64,000 bases of DNA from an uncultured Gammaproteobacteria bacterium (lineage in GTDB: Bacteria; Patescibacteriota; Patescibacteriia; CAZGFX01). The position numbers were made by a program, and so were the translations under genes. Numbering within the stretch: position 1 is the first letter of the stretch; each line of letters begins with the position of its first letter. This document shows positions 8,676 through 18,019 of the stretch, in pieces. The DNA lies in the NCBI GenBank assembly GCA_964524845.1, contig CAZGFX010000002.1, positions 157,422-221,421 of the forward strand, read 5' to 3'. Below the pieces are notes generated by a model. It searched no databases, had not been told where the DNA came from, and saw only the letters and a program-made list of their open reading frames with translations.

Positions 8676-11432
8676 TCACTTCCCGTGACAATGTTTATAT
8701 TTAACAGGTGTTCCATCGGGTTTTTTTGCTCCACATGGACATGGTTCGTTGCGACCTATTTTTTCAACGTGTTCCGGTGTCAAAGAAGTGTTGGATTCGT
8801 TTTTCTTTTCCATTGTTTCAGAGGCTCCTGTGAGAACAAGTTTTTGTTCTTGTGGTTTTTGCACCAAAACAGCCGGATCGTGTGATACTTTCGTAAACTT
8901 GAATATATTATAAACAAACTCATTCTGAATACTATCAAGAAGTCGCATAAACATCTGATATCCTTCTCGTTTATACTCAACAAGCGGATCTTGTTGCGCA
9001 TATCCCTTTAAACGAATACTATCTTTCAGATGGGCCATATATGACAAGTGGTTTGACCAAAGCCTATCAAGAGATTCTAGATAAAGTCCCATTTCAAGAT
9101 TCGTCATCATATCATCGCCATACGAAGCAATGACAGCACTCTCAAGTGTTTTATATTTCTCACGAGCCAAATTCGCAATATATCCAAACAAGGCACTACG
9201 AGCAACCATATCCTGCATAGAATTACCAGCTTGTGCTCTTATTTTTTCAATCTCTGCAACAAAAGTGTTTTTATCTACGTCAAATATAGTATTAACGGTT
9301 TCATATACCTCTTCCGTGTTCCATTGTTTCTCATTGTTTTCAACTGTGTAAAACGAGACAACCTGCTCTATTTCTCCGTCAATAAGATCAATAGCCCAAT
9401 CGCGCGTATTAACAATTGCGCGCTTACCATCAAGCGACGGTGGAGCGATGGCTTCGTTTCTGTTTACAACCTGAGTATCGTGAATATGGAACAGTTCGTT
9501 ACGACGTCCATAAATTGTAGCTCGTTGTTTATTTAGTACATCATCATACTCAACAACGTGTTTACGAGCATCAAAATGATGTCCCTCAACACGTTTTTGA
9601 GATTGTTCAATTGCTTTGGTAATAATTTTGTTTTCAATTGCTTCATCTTCACGAACCCCAAGTCGCTGTACCATATTCTTCATACGGTCAGAACCGAATA
9701 TTCTCATTAAATCATCTTCGAGTGACACAAAAAATGTCGACATACCAGGATCTCCCCATCGTCCAGTACGTCCACGAAGCTGATTATCAATACGCCTTGA
9801 TTCGTGTCTCTCTGTTCCAATAACATATAATCCACCAAGTCCCTTCACTTTTTCAGCTTCTGCAATTTCAGCATTATCACCACCTAGTTTTATATCAACT
9901 CCGCGACCAGCCATATTTGTTGCTATTGTTACCGAACCAACTTTTCCGGCTTGTGCAATAATATCAGCTTCTTTCAAGTGATTTTTTGCGTTAAGAAGTG
10001 CATGTGGTATACCAGCTTTCGAAAGCATTTCGGAAAGCTCTTCGTTTCGCTCAATTGAAATAGTACCAACGAGCACTGGCTGGCCTCTTTTGTGCGATTC
10101 TGCAATTTCACGTACAATTGCTTTCATTTTCCCATTGTGAGTTGAGTATATTCTGTCATTAAAATCTTTTCTTCCAACAGGTTTAAAAGGAGGAATTGGT
10201 ATTACCTCAAGAGAATATATATTAATAAATTCTTCTTCCTCTGTTTTTGCCGTACCCGTCATACCAGCAATCTTTTTATACAAACGGAAATAATTCTGAA
10301 AAGTAATTGTGGCAAGTGTCTTTGATTCTTGTTTTACTTCAACACCTTCTTTTGCCTCAATCGCTTGGTGAATACCATCTGAATAACGACGACCCTCGAG
10401 CATACGACCTGTAAACTCGTCAATAATTTTAATTTCCCCATCTTGTACTATATAATCCTTGTCTTTTGAAAATAAAAACTGTGCTTTAAGAGCCGCTTCA
10501 AGATTGTGTACCATTGCTATTCCAGACTGATACAAATTATCAATTCCAAGTATTTTTTCGACTCTCATTACACCGCTTGTTGTCAAAGTAACCGCGCGCA
10601 TCTTTTCATCAATATTAAAATCTTCATTAACAGTAAGCTGACGAGCAATCGTCGCAAAACGCACATAAAGATCATTACTATCCTCTGCTGGAGCCGAAAT
10701 AATGAGCGGTGTACGAGCTTCATCAATCAAAATACTATCAACCTCATCGATAATCGCATATGCTAATCCGCGCTGACTTTTGTATTTTATTGATTGAGCC
10801 ATGTTATCGCGCAAATAATCAAATCCATATTCATTGTTTGTTCCATATGTAATATCAGCTTCGTATGCCTCGCGGCGCGATGCGGGACGCAAGTGTCTTA
10901 GGCGCTCATCATGCTGTCCTTCATCAACATAAGTTGGATCATATAAAAAAGTCGCGTGTCCAATAATAACACCCGTCGTAAGACCAAGAAAATGATAAAT
11001 CTGCGCCATCCACCCCGCATCGCGCCGCGCCAAGTAATCATTAACCGTCACAACATGCACACCCTCTCCTTTTAATGCATTTAGCACGACAGGAAGAGTA
11101 CAAACAAGTGTTTTTCCTTCTCCAGTAAGCATCTCTGCGATTTGTCCTCTGTGCATAACAATGCCTCCCATAAGCTGTACATTACGATGAGAAAAACCGA
11201 GTGTACGTTGCGCCACTTCTTTTACAATTGCAAAGACTTCATTAAGTACATCGTTCGTATTAGATTCACCAGTACGCACTCGTTCTCGAATAGACGCAAA
11301 CTCATCCTGAAGTTGAGCATCAGGCATTTGTCGATATTTCGATTCTAATGATTCGATTTCAGCAACGTATACAGCCAATTTTTTGACATACTTCACATCC
11401 GGATCACCAAATATTTTTTTCCACAGATTCAT
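8676..11432 (-). CDS. secA: preprotein translocase ATPase SecA (start taken at MNLWKKIFGD, 18 codons inside the longer frame)
   Basis: About 918 aa; DEAD-like motor (MAQIYHFLGLTTGVI, LTGEGKTLV), preprotein cross-linking and helical scaffold regions, and a C-terminal Zn-finger tail CPCGAKKPDGTPVKYKHCHGK. Confidence 0.95.
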   Translation of the reverse strand: MNLWKKIFGDPDVKYVKKLAVYVAEIESLESKYRQMPDAQLQDEFASIRERVRTGESNTNDVLNEVFAIVKEVAQRTLGFSHRNVQLMGGIVMHRGQIAEMLTGEGKTLVCTLPVVLNALKGEGVHVVTVNDYLARRDAGWMAQIYHFLGLTTGVIIGHATFLYDPTYVDEGQHDERLRHLRPASRREAYEADITYGTNNEYGFDYLRDNMAQSIKYKSQRGLAYAIIDEVDSILIDEARTPLIISAPAEDSNDLYVRFATIARQLTVNEDFNIDEKMRAVTLTTSGVMRVEKILGIDNLYQSGIAMVHNLEAALKAQFLFSKDKDYIVQDGEIKIIDEFTGRMLEGRRYSDGIHQAIEAKEGVEVKQESKTLATITFQNYFRLYKKIAGMTGTAKTEEEEFINIYSLEVIPIPPFKPVGRKDFNDRIYSTHNGKMKAIVREIAESHKRGQPVLVGTISIERNEELSEMLSKAGIPHALLNAKNHLKEADIIAQAGKVGSVTIATNMAGRGVDIKLGGDNAEIAEAEKVKGLGGLYVIGTERHESRRIDNQLRGRTGRWGDPGMSTFFVSLEDDLMRIFGSDRMKNMVQRLGVREDEAIENKIITKAIEQSQKRVEGHHFDARKHVVEYDDVLNKQRATIYGRRNELFHIHDTQVVNRNEAIAPPSLDGKRAIVNTRDWAIDLIDGEIEQVVSFYTVENNEKQWNTEEVYETVNTIFDVDKNTFVAEIEKIRAQAGNSMQDMVARSALFGYIANLAREKYKTLESAVIASYGDDMMTNLEMGLYLESLDRLWSNHLSYMAHLKDSIRLKGYAQQDPLVEYKREGYQMFMRLLDSIQNEFVYNIFKFTKVSHDPAVLVQKPQEQKLVLTGASETMEKKNESNTSLTPEHVEKIGRNEPCPCGAKKPDGTPVKYKHCHGK

Positions 11433-11483
11433 AAAACTACTTATACTAAAGCTTATAAAATTCCTTTTGCATTGTAGCACGCA

Positions 11484-11518
11484 CAAAAAATAAATGAAGG
11501 CCGCCTTTCGGCGGCCTT
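11484..11518 (-). terminator. intrinsic terminator after hpf (GGCCGCC-TTTC-GGCGGCC hairpin plus U-tract on minus strand)
   Basis: Perfect 7-bp GC stem at 11499-11516; on the minus strand it is followed by TTCATTTATTTTTT. Confidence 0.7.
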
Positions 11519-11529
11519 TTCTTCTTATC

Positions 11530-11847
11530 TTAGGCTTTTATTTTGTGGTCTGTTTTTCTCTCATGATCTTTTTCAAGTATATTTTTCAATATTTCGTGCA
11601 TTTCGTCAAAGGCTGCATAAAAATCTCCTGCGCTTCTCTCTACCTTATGGCTAATGCCATGTGGTATTTCAACAATAACATCGACAGTAAATACTTCTCC
11701 CTTATTATGATGGTGGTCTCTTTTTACAACAATATGAGCAAGCTCCATCTTATGGTCAAATTTTGTAAGTTTGCCCATTTTTTCATTTATATATTCCTTA
11801 ATTGTAGGTGTAAGCTCAAAATCCTTTGATGTTATGTTAATTTTCAT
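11530..11847 (-). CDS. hpf: ribosome hibernation-promoting factor / RaiA family
   Basis: 105 aa; MKINITSKDFELTPTIKEYINEKMGKL...VDVIVEIPHG is the S30AE/HPF fold signature. Confidence 0.8.
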   Translation of the reverse strand: MKINITSKDFELTPTIKEYINEKMGKLTKFDHKMELAHIVVKRDHHHNKGEVFTVDVIVEIPHGISHKVERSAGDFYAAFDEMHEILKNILEKDHERKTDHKIKA

Positions 11848-11966
11848 ACCGGATTACATATAAAAGGGTTATTCCCCTACCTATATTGTAACCTGATTGA
11901 ATAAAAAAATAAAATGTTTTTCTAAAAAACAAGTTATTCTATTTTTATCTACAATAAAAAGTTTTT

Positions 11967-12944
11967 TCAAAAACCGACATATGAAACCTCTTCTTGAAGC
12001 TGGATTCCGTACTTGTCTCTAATCTGCTGTTTAACAAAACTTATAAGCATCACAACATCATCTGATTTTCCACTTCCATTATTTATAAAAAAATTAGGAT
12101 TCTTTTCGGACACCGTAATTCCTCCTATTGTTTTTCCCTTGAAACCAGCATAATCAATTATAAAACCAGCTGAAACATGCCCTTGGATACGGAGTTTTTC
12201 TATGTCGATCGATTTCTGAATCATATTAGCAATTGTTTTCCCATCAAAAGCACTTTCAAGCTCATTGAAAGTAATGTGTCGAAACACAAAACCGCAACTT
12301 GGTGAATCCGTTGGTTGAATTAAATTTTTTCCTTTTTTATACTGATCCATTCTCGCTTTAATTTCGTCTTTTTTTCCTTTTTCCAATTTAAGTCGCACTT
12401 TTAGTATGGTGTATTTCGAATGTTTAAAAATACTATCGCGATATCCAAACTTACACATTTCACGAGATAGTGTTAATTCATTTCCTTCTTCATCTAGACA
12501 CACGATGTGTTCCACAAAATCTTTTATTTCTTTGTTGTATGCGTGGGCATTAGTACACACAGCACCACCAATCGTACCACAAATCCCAGTCAAATATTCA
12601 AGTCCTGTATATTCATTATTTATTGTGTGTGCGATACAATCACCGAGCAACACTCCTGCGCATATATCAAAAACACCATCGCTACTCGATTCAATTCGTC
12701 CTCCGTTTGTTTTAACAACAAGTCCTTTTACTCCTTGGCTTGACACAAGAATGTTTGATCCTCCACCAAACACAGTAACGGGAATAGATGCTTTTTTTGC
12801 CATACGAACAACCCCCTCTAATTCATCCGCGGTATGCGCAACAAAAAAATACTCAGCCGGACCACCAATTTTATAATATGTGTGTGGAGCCAATAATTCG
12901 TTAACTTGAATCGAATCCGCATACTTTCCAAATATAATATTCAT
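11967..12944 (-). CDS. murB: UDP-N-acetylenolpyruvoylglucosamine reductase
   Basis: 325 aa; FAD-binding N-terminal domain (YYKIGGPAEYF...IPVTVFGGGSNIL) and MurB C-terminal domain. Confidence 0.88.
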   Translation of the reverse strand: MNIIFGKYADSIQVNELLAPHTYYKIGGPAEYFFVAHTADELEGVVRMAKKASIPVTVFGGGSNILVSSQGVKGLVVKTNGGRIESSSDGVFDICAGVLLGDCIAHTINNEYTGLEYLTGICGTIGGAVCTNAHAYNKEIKDFVEHIVCLDEEGNELTLSREMCKFGYRDSIFKHSKYTILKVRLKLEKGKKDEIKARMDQYKKGKNLIQPTDSPSCGFVFRHITFNELESAFDGKTIANMIQKSIDIEKLRIQGHVSAGFIIDYAGFKGKTIGGITVSEKNPNFFINNGSGKSDDVVMLISFVKQQIRDKYGIQLQEEVSYVGF

Positions 12945-12989
12945 GGTCAGATAATATATATAAGAAACTGATATATATAGTGTACCACT

Positions 12990-13032
12990 AATTAAAATGA
13001 AAACGCCATGCTGTTCACTAACAACATGGCGT
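12990..13032 (-). terminator. intrinsic terminator downstream of the OM-barrel gene
   Basis: ACGCCATG...CATGGCGT 8-bp stem (13003-13032); minus-strand U-tract TTTTCATTTTAATT follows. Confidence 0.55.
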
Positions 13033-13046
13033 ATTTTAATAATTTC

Positions 13047-14117
13047 TTAATATCGCACCCCTATGCTGAGTTGCAAGGGATTTGCGGTCATTTCAGTCTT
13101 TGTGAACCCGCCGACATAGTATCCGGCGGAAAAGTCCATCCTTTCGTTGATGGTAAAACCCATCCCGAAAGTTAAGCGTGTTCTACCTCCTGCGGCTTCT
13201 GTCTCCGTATAGAGTCCTATACGAGTGCTAAACACCCTTTCTTCTCCATACAGGGTTTCAAAGCCTATGCTATGTCCGGTATACCGCAATGGCTTTTTCG
13301 TATGAGGCTTGAGTAGTAAAAGCGATACATCGTAATGCATACGAGTCATCGTATTTTCACTCTCAAATATAGGCATAATACCTCCAATATGCGCGGTCAC
13401 AGGAAGCGCATCATGAACACCTTTTTGGTAGGACAATCCTTTACCAAAATACATGTTCATAACACTTGCGCCGACTGCGTACCGGCCCTCATCAAAAACA
13501 CCGATAAGGCCGACATCAAACGCGAATGCGTCAGATGGTCCAACGCCTCGAAACTCATCGCCTCGAGTATCAGAAACTTTTTTAGAGAAAAGCTCAGAAT
13601 ATAGATACTTGGCTCCTAGGCCAAATGACCAATACTCATTAAACTTGATCCCAGCTGTCGTATGAAATATCATTTCATACTGTCGCCAAGTTCCAAGTTC
13701 GTCTCCGGCTTCGTTCAATATGTCGCTCTCACCAAGATCGAGATATTGAAAGCCATATCCAATGGAAATAGGATAAGCCATGTTTTGAGGAGTCCATGTA
13801 CCGTAAACACTCCCCATCCACATATCAAATCCCATTGCAGGATTAATACGCGAATAATTGAGATCGGCAGTGTTAAAAAAATCGCCTCTCTCAGTCGTAC
13901 GAAAAGCGTTTGCACCGAAGTGAGCTGGATTGAAATAAAATCCAGCACTTCTAGCATCGCTGTAAGCAACACCACCCATGCCCATACTTGAAACACGCGG
14001 GTCGGGAATGAGTTGCAGTACGGGCGCCGATGCAACACTTTGCGCAGACAAAACAGACACAAAGGTGCAATTTAAAAAAATTGCAGAAATTGTAAAAAGA
14101 ACAAAAAACATTTTCAT
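13047..14117 (-). CDS. FadL/OmpP1/PorV-family outer-membrane beta-barrel protein
   Basis: 356 aa; signal peptide; mature N-terminus PVLQLIPDPRVSSMGMGGVAYSDARSAGFYFNPAHF parallels the FadL hatch (FQLNE..SGLGRAYSGEGAIADDA..NPAL, NPA motif); alternating amphipathic strands; C-terminal beta-signal ...LQLSIGVRY ending in an aromatic residue. GC is about 45-50% against about 34% in neighbours. Confidence 0.7.
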   Translation of the reverse strand: MKMFFVLFTISAIFLNCTFVSVLSAQSVASAPVLQLIPDPRVSSMGMGGVAYSDARSAGFYFNPAHFGANAFRTTERGDFFNTADLNYSRINPAMGFDMWMGSVYGTWTPQNMAYPISIGYGFQYLDLGESDILNEAGDELGTWRQYEMIFHTTAGIKFNEYWSFGLGAKYLYSELFSKKVSDTRGDEFRGVGPSDAFAFDVGLIGVFDEGRYAVGASVMNMYFGKGLSYQKGVHDALPVTAHIGGIMPIFESENTMTRMHYDVSLLLLKPHTKKPLRYTGHSIGFETLYGEERVFSTRIGLYTETEAAGGRTRLTFGMGFTINERMDFSAGYYVGGFTKTEMTANPLQLSIGVRY

Positions 14118-14240
14118 TTTTTCATCTCCTTGCCATGCAAAATGCAGTGGCTTTTTAATTTGTTTGATTTATTTTTTAATTTGTTTATCATCACATCTTA
14201 AAACAAAATAATGATTTTGTCAACAAACTGTGCATAACCA

Positions 14241-14288
14241 AAAATACAACAAAAAAACCACGTTTTCAAGCCAAAAACATGGTTTTTT
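14241..14288 (-). terminator. hairpin plus U-tract terminator downstream of the acidic-protein gene
   Basis: AAAAAACCACG / CATGGTTTTTT arms (one mismatch), followed on the minus strand by TTTTTTTGTTGTATTTTT. Confidence 0.4.
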
Positions 14289-14305
14289 ATAATTCAAGTT
14301 TAAAT

Positions 14306-14692
14306 TTAAATATCCTCCTCTTCTAAATCTTTTGATTCTTTTGAAATTGATATCTTTTCAACAGATGTGATTCTTTCATCGATATATCCTAACGCTTGTT
14401 CTATCTCTTTTTCCAATCCATGCGGAAAAGCATCGTGCTGATAAAGATGATTCACCGCTTCCCACGCGACAATAGGAGCTGGTTTTTCAGCCACATTCAC
14501 ATTCTCAGTAACCCAATCTAGAAGTTCCTCTGCGTTCGACTCAATGTTTCTGCTCGTATAAAAACTATCCCAATCATAATTTTCTATCACCTGATTTACA
14601 AATTCGGCAATATCCTCTTCTTCGTCATACGGCGGAATGGAGCTAAGATCTTTTATATCAAACTCTTCTTGAACATCTTCGTCTAACATCAT
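14306..14692 (-). CDS. acidic hypothetical protein (128 aa)
   Basis: ORF with strong acidic bias (EEFDIKD...DEEEDIAEF); no recognisable family. Confidence 0.45.
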   Translation of the reverse strand: MMLDEDVQEEFDIKDLSSIPPYDEEEDIAEFVNQVIENYDWDSFYTSRNIESNAEELLDWVTENVNVAEKPAPIVAWEAVNHLYQHDAFPHGLEKEIEQALGYIDERITSVEKISISKESKDLEEEDI

Positions 14693-14806
14693 ATGGGTAA
14701 TATTTATTTTTTATGTATGCGCACATAATAAATAAAAAAGTAACTTATTTCAACAAAAAAATCTTATTTATAAACAATTGACAAAACCCGCTTTTCGTCT
14801 CAAAAA

Positions 14807-16543
14807 TTATTCACTAGCAAGCCCAAGTTCCTTATTTAAAATATTCAAATATTTTTTGTCTTTTTCTTTTTTATCAGCGTGCTCTGCTTCGACGGTGTTC
14901 ATATATTTAAAATCATATTCTGCTCCAACCAAATCTATACGAGTTTTAATATGTGTTCCAACATATTCTGAGAGCATCATATCAATATCTTCTTTCGCTT
15001 TTATTATCGATGCTCTGTCTTTATGAATTTTGCTTTTCGTAACACAAACCAAACAATTTTCTTCAACATGATCCGGATGAATATGAAGTAGTATAATAGC
15101 AAGAGCCGGACTTTTTTCTTTTACCAAATTATTGAAAACAACCCAATCTCGAACAAGTGAACAAATATCAATATTAATAGAATTTTCGGTTTGTTTTGGT
15201 TTTGTATTTTCCAACAATATATCTTCTTCCGCTATTTGTATAACTGGCAATTCAGGTTCTTTTTCTTTTTGTGCATCCGGTTTCTTTCCGTTTACAATAT
15301 TATTTGTTTTTTTCTCCTGCAAGATTTTTCCAGTTTCGTGTGTTTCGTTCTGTTTTTTTACAAAATTACTTGCAGAATAATTATTCTGGGATGTTTTTTG
15401 GTTTGTTTGATTAGAACTTTCACGCGCCACTCCCGATGCGCTTCCAGCACCACCTCCTCCAAATGTATCTGTTTTATCTTCAAGTATTTCAAGCACGAAA
15501 AGTTCCAAAGGAAGCGTCGGGAGTGGCGCGTACGCATACATTTCAGATGTACGAAGCAAAATTGTCAGAATTTTAAAAAATCCACACACCAACGGAAGAC
15601 GCGATGCAAGCACGCTGCTGTTTTCTGAATCAAACAAAACTTCTTTTCCGATAACCTTTTGGGAATATAATGAGAGAAGCCTAATATACTCGATCATATC
15701 AGTATGAAGTCGACGAAGATTAACTCCTTCTCGATGCCACTCGCCAATCATATTAAGTGCTTGTGATATATTTCGATCTGCAATGAAAAAAAGCATGGCG
15801 CTACATTTATCGTAATATACATGTGGAAGAACAGGAGCAACTCGATCAAGTGTTACTCTTTCGCCTCCTGAGAGGGTTATGCATTGTTCTAGGAGCACTA
15901 TCGCATCACGTCCGTATCCATCAGCATGATGAACGATCCTATCAAGAACATCTTCATCATACGAAACACATTCTCCACCACATATATGAATCAAGAGTTG
16001 TTTCATGTCTTTATCGGAAATTCTCCTAAAATCAAATCTTTGGCATCTAGACAAAATCGTAGCTGGTATCTGTTGTATCTCTGTTGTAGCAAGCACGAAC
16101 ACGACGCGCTCTGGTGGCTCCTCAAGTGTCTTAAGAAGCGCGTTAAAAGCAGGTGCTGTAAGCATGTGCACCTCATCTATAATAACGACAAACTGCCCTT
16201 TTGACTGACGTGCGACTCGCACAATATCTCGAAGCTCTCTTATATCATCAATTCCTCTGTTCGAAGCAGCATCAATTTCCAAGAGTTTCATTGATCGCCC
16301 TGATAAAAGCGATGTGCATTCTGTGCACTCATTACAAGGCTCACTTCCTTTTGGTTGTTCGCAATTAAGCAGTTTTGAGATTATTCGTGCTGTTGTTGTC
16401 TTCCCTACGCCACGAGGACCACAAAAAAGATATGCGTGCCCAAAAGTACCCATTTCAAATTGTTTTTGAAGCGTTGCTACAATGTGTGCCTGATCGACCA
16501 GATCAGCAAATGTCTGAGGTCGGTATTTTCTATAAAGACTCAT
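14807..16543 (-). CDS. dnaX: DNA polymerase III subunit gamma/tau (start at MSLYRKYRP)
   Basis: MSLYRKYRPQTFADLVDQAHIVATLQKQ...YLFCGPRGVGKTTTARIISKLLNCE is the clamp-loader AAA+ Walker A with Zn module CEQPKGSEPCNECTEC; also VVIIDEVHML and SRC. Confidence 0.92.
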   Translation of the reverse strand: MSLYRKYRPQTFADLVDQAHIVATLQKQFEMGTFGHAYLFCGPRGVGKTTTARIISKLLNCEQPKGSEPCNECTECTSLLSGRSMKLLEIDAASNRGIDDIRELRDIVRVARQSKGQFVVIIDEVHMLTAPAFNALLKTLEEPPERVVFVLATTEIQQIPATILSRCQRFDFRRISDKDMKQLLIHICGGECVSYDEDVLDRIVHHADGYGRDAIVLLEQCITLSGGERVTLDRVAPVLPHVYYDKCSAMLFFIADRNISQALNMIGEWHREGVNLRRLHTDMIEYIRLLSLYSQKVIGKEVLFDSENSSVLASRLPLVCGFFKILTILLRTSEMYAYAPLPTLPLELFVLEILEDKTDTFGGGGAGSASGVARESSNQTNQKTSQNNYSASNFVKKQNETHETGKILQEKKTNNIVNGKKPDAQKEKEPELPVIQIAEEDILLENTKPKQTENSINIDICSLVRDWVVFNNLVKEKSPALAIILLHIHPDHVEENCLVCVTKSKIHKDRASIIKAKEDIDMMLSEYVGTHIKTRIDLVGAEYDFKYMNTVEAEHADKKEKDKKYLNILNKELGLASE

Positions 16544-16666
16544 GGGCCAATTATACAAAAAAAATAACAAAAACACACTGTGTACAAAAAACCCGCCAAG
16601 GAAAGAATCTGTGACGAGTTTTTGTTTTAGTTCAAGGAAAGCTCTTCTAAATTATATGGGAAATAA

Positions 16667-17290
16667 TTACGAATTATCTCCATCTTCAGCAAAATCAGGA
16701 GGAGTAATTTTATCTACTGAACCCATCGGGGAACGTGGTCCAAGCTCGCTCATGATATTTTCAACCGCTCCGTGCATGCTCTGACCGTCTTTTGGAATAG
16801 ATACTGTAATTTTATCACCTTCTTCTCCTCTGAAATACGTTACAGAGGCTGTAATAAGCTTATAAATATGTCCATCTGGTGTGACAGCCTGCCACTCATT
16901 CGTTTCAGGAACGCGCGTAAGAATACCCTCGATAACCGACCTTTCAACAGGACCAATTTGTTTGTAAATAAACGTCCCATCAGGTTTTATATTAAGTTTG
17001 AGTATATCTCCTTCAACAAGTTTAGATTTTGACGCATAGTTTGCGGGCACCGAATACTTCTTTCCATCAGCACCGATCATCGTCGTGCCATCAAATACGC
17101 CCTCAACGATACGCCCTTCCGGGCTCTCTATACTTGTCAGATTCATAGCCTTCATCATGTGTGGAGATGATGTTTGCGTAACATCTCCTGTTAACTGTCC
17201 GACAAGCACTTGCAGTGTTTCAAGGTCCGCCGAGAGCTTTTTTATAACTTTCTGAAGCTGTTCAGCGACTTTTTTTACTTCGTTTTCCAT
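16667..17290 (-). CDS. hypothetical protein (207 aa), N-terminal coiled coil; GC-elevated (about 44%)
   Basis: ORF only; no recognised motif. Confidence 0.4.
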   Translation of the reverse strand: MENEVKKVAEQLQKVIKKLSADLETLQVLVGQLTGDVTQTSSPHMMKAMNLTSIESPEGRIVEGVFDGTTMIGADGKKYSVPANYASKSKLVEGDILKLNIKPDGTFIYKQIGPVERSVIEGILTRVPETNEWQAVTPDGHIYKLITASVTYFRGEEGDKITVSIPKDGQSMHGAVENIMSELGPRSPMGSVDKITPPDFAEDGDNS

Positions 17291-17439
17291 ATTTTTATTT
17301 TTACTTAAGATAGGCCCGGTTTATTCCGGTTGCGTAGATTATGACACGAAACCAAAATAAAATAAAGTATTTACCCACAGATAACCCACACTGCAAAAAC
17401 GTTATTTATAGTCAATTATCTTTGTTTTGAGAGTTTTGA

Positions 17440-17469
17440 AATAAAAAAATCCCAGAGACTTGCTCTGGG
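17440..17469 (-). terminator. intrinsic terminator (CCCAGAG-ACTTG-CTCTGGG) after the 17513-17827 gene
   Basis: 7-bp perfect stem at 17451-17469; minus-strand tail ATTTTTTTATTTC. Confidence 0.6.
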
Positions 17470-17512
17470 AAAAATTTAGATATTACTTTATTTAACGAAC
17501 AAATTAGAAACC

Positions 17513-17827
17513 TTAATCTGTTATGGTGCTAATTTGAGTTACGGTTCCGAAATCTTTTCTATCCGTTACCATTTTTCTAATTTTTCCAGCCAATTTAATT
17601 TTTATGAGACCGGTATCAAATCTGATACTTTTTTCCTTCATCCAATTATGAAGCCGCGGGTCTTCAACTGGAAGATTGCAAAAAAATTTACTTTCTTCTT
17701 CTGTAATTTTTATAACATTATTATCTTCTTTTTCATTTTTTTCACGAAGATCTATCACATTCCCCGCCAACATTTGTTTTTCCAAAAAGAGCCAAGCCGA
17801 TTTCAGAAATTTCAACATTTTTAACAT
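17513..17827 (-). CDS. small hypothetical protein (104 aa)
   Basis: ORF followed by a terminator; no recognisable family. Confidence 0.35.
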   Translation of the reverse strand: MLKMLKFLKSAWLFLEKQMLAGNVIDLREKNEKEDNNVIKITEEESKFFCNLPVEDPRLHNWMKEKSIRFDTGLIKIKLAGKIRKMVTDRKDFGTVTQISTITD

Positions 17828-18019
17828 AAGTCACTCCTCTTTTTTTGTTGTTTTCGGCCAAAGACCGATCAGCTTCGTCCCGTTCGCGGAATTTTAGCTG
17901 ATTGTTTATATTGTTTATCGTTAAATCATATCAAATATTAAACAATACATCAATGTGCTTTTTCGCAAACACAAAAAAGACTAAAAAGTCTTTTTTAAAC
18001 ACATAATTCACTTAAATTA

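Noticed and set aside
8676-11486. Longer SecA start (MCVLQCKRNFISFSISSF...)
   Set aside because: SecA homology begins at MNLWKKIFGD (11432); the 18-codon extension is hydrophobic and Cys-rich and overlaps the hpf terminator.
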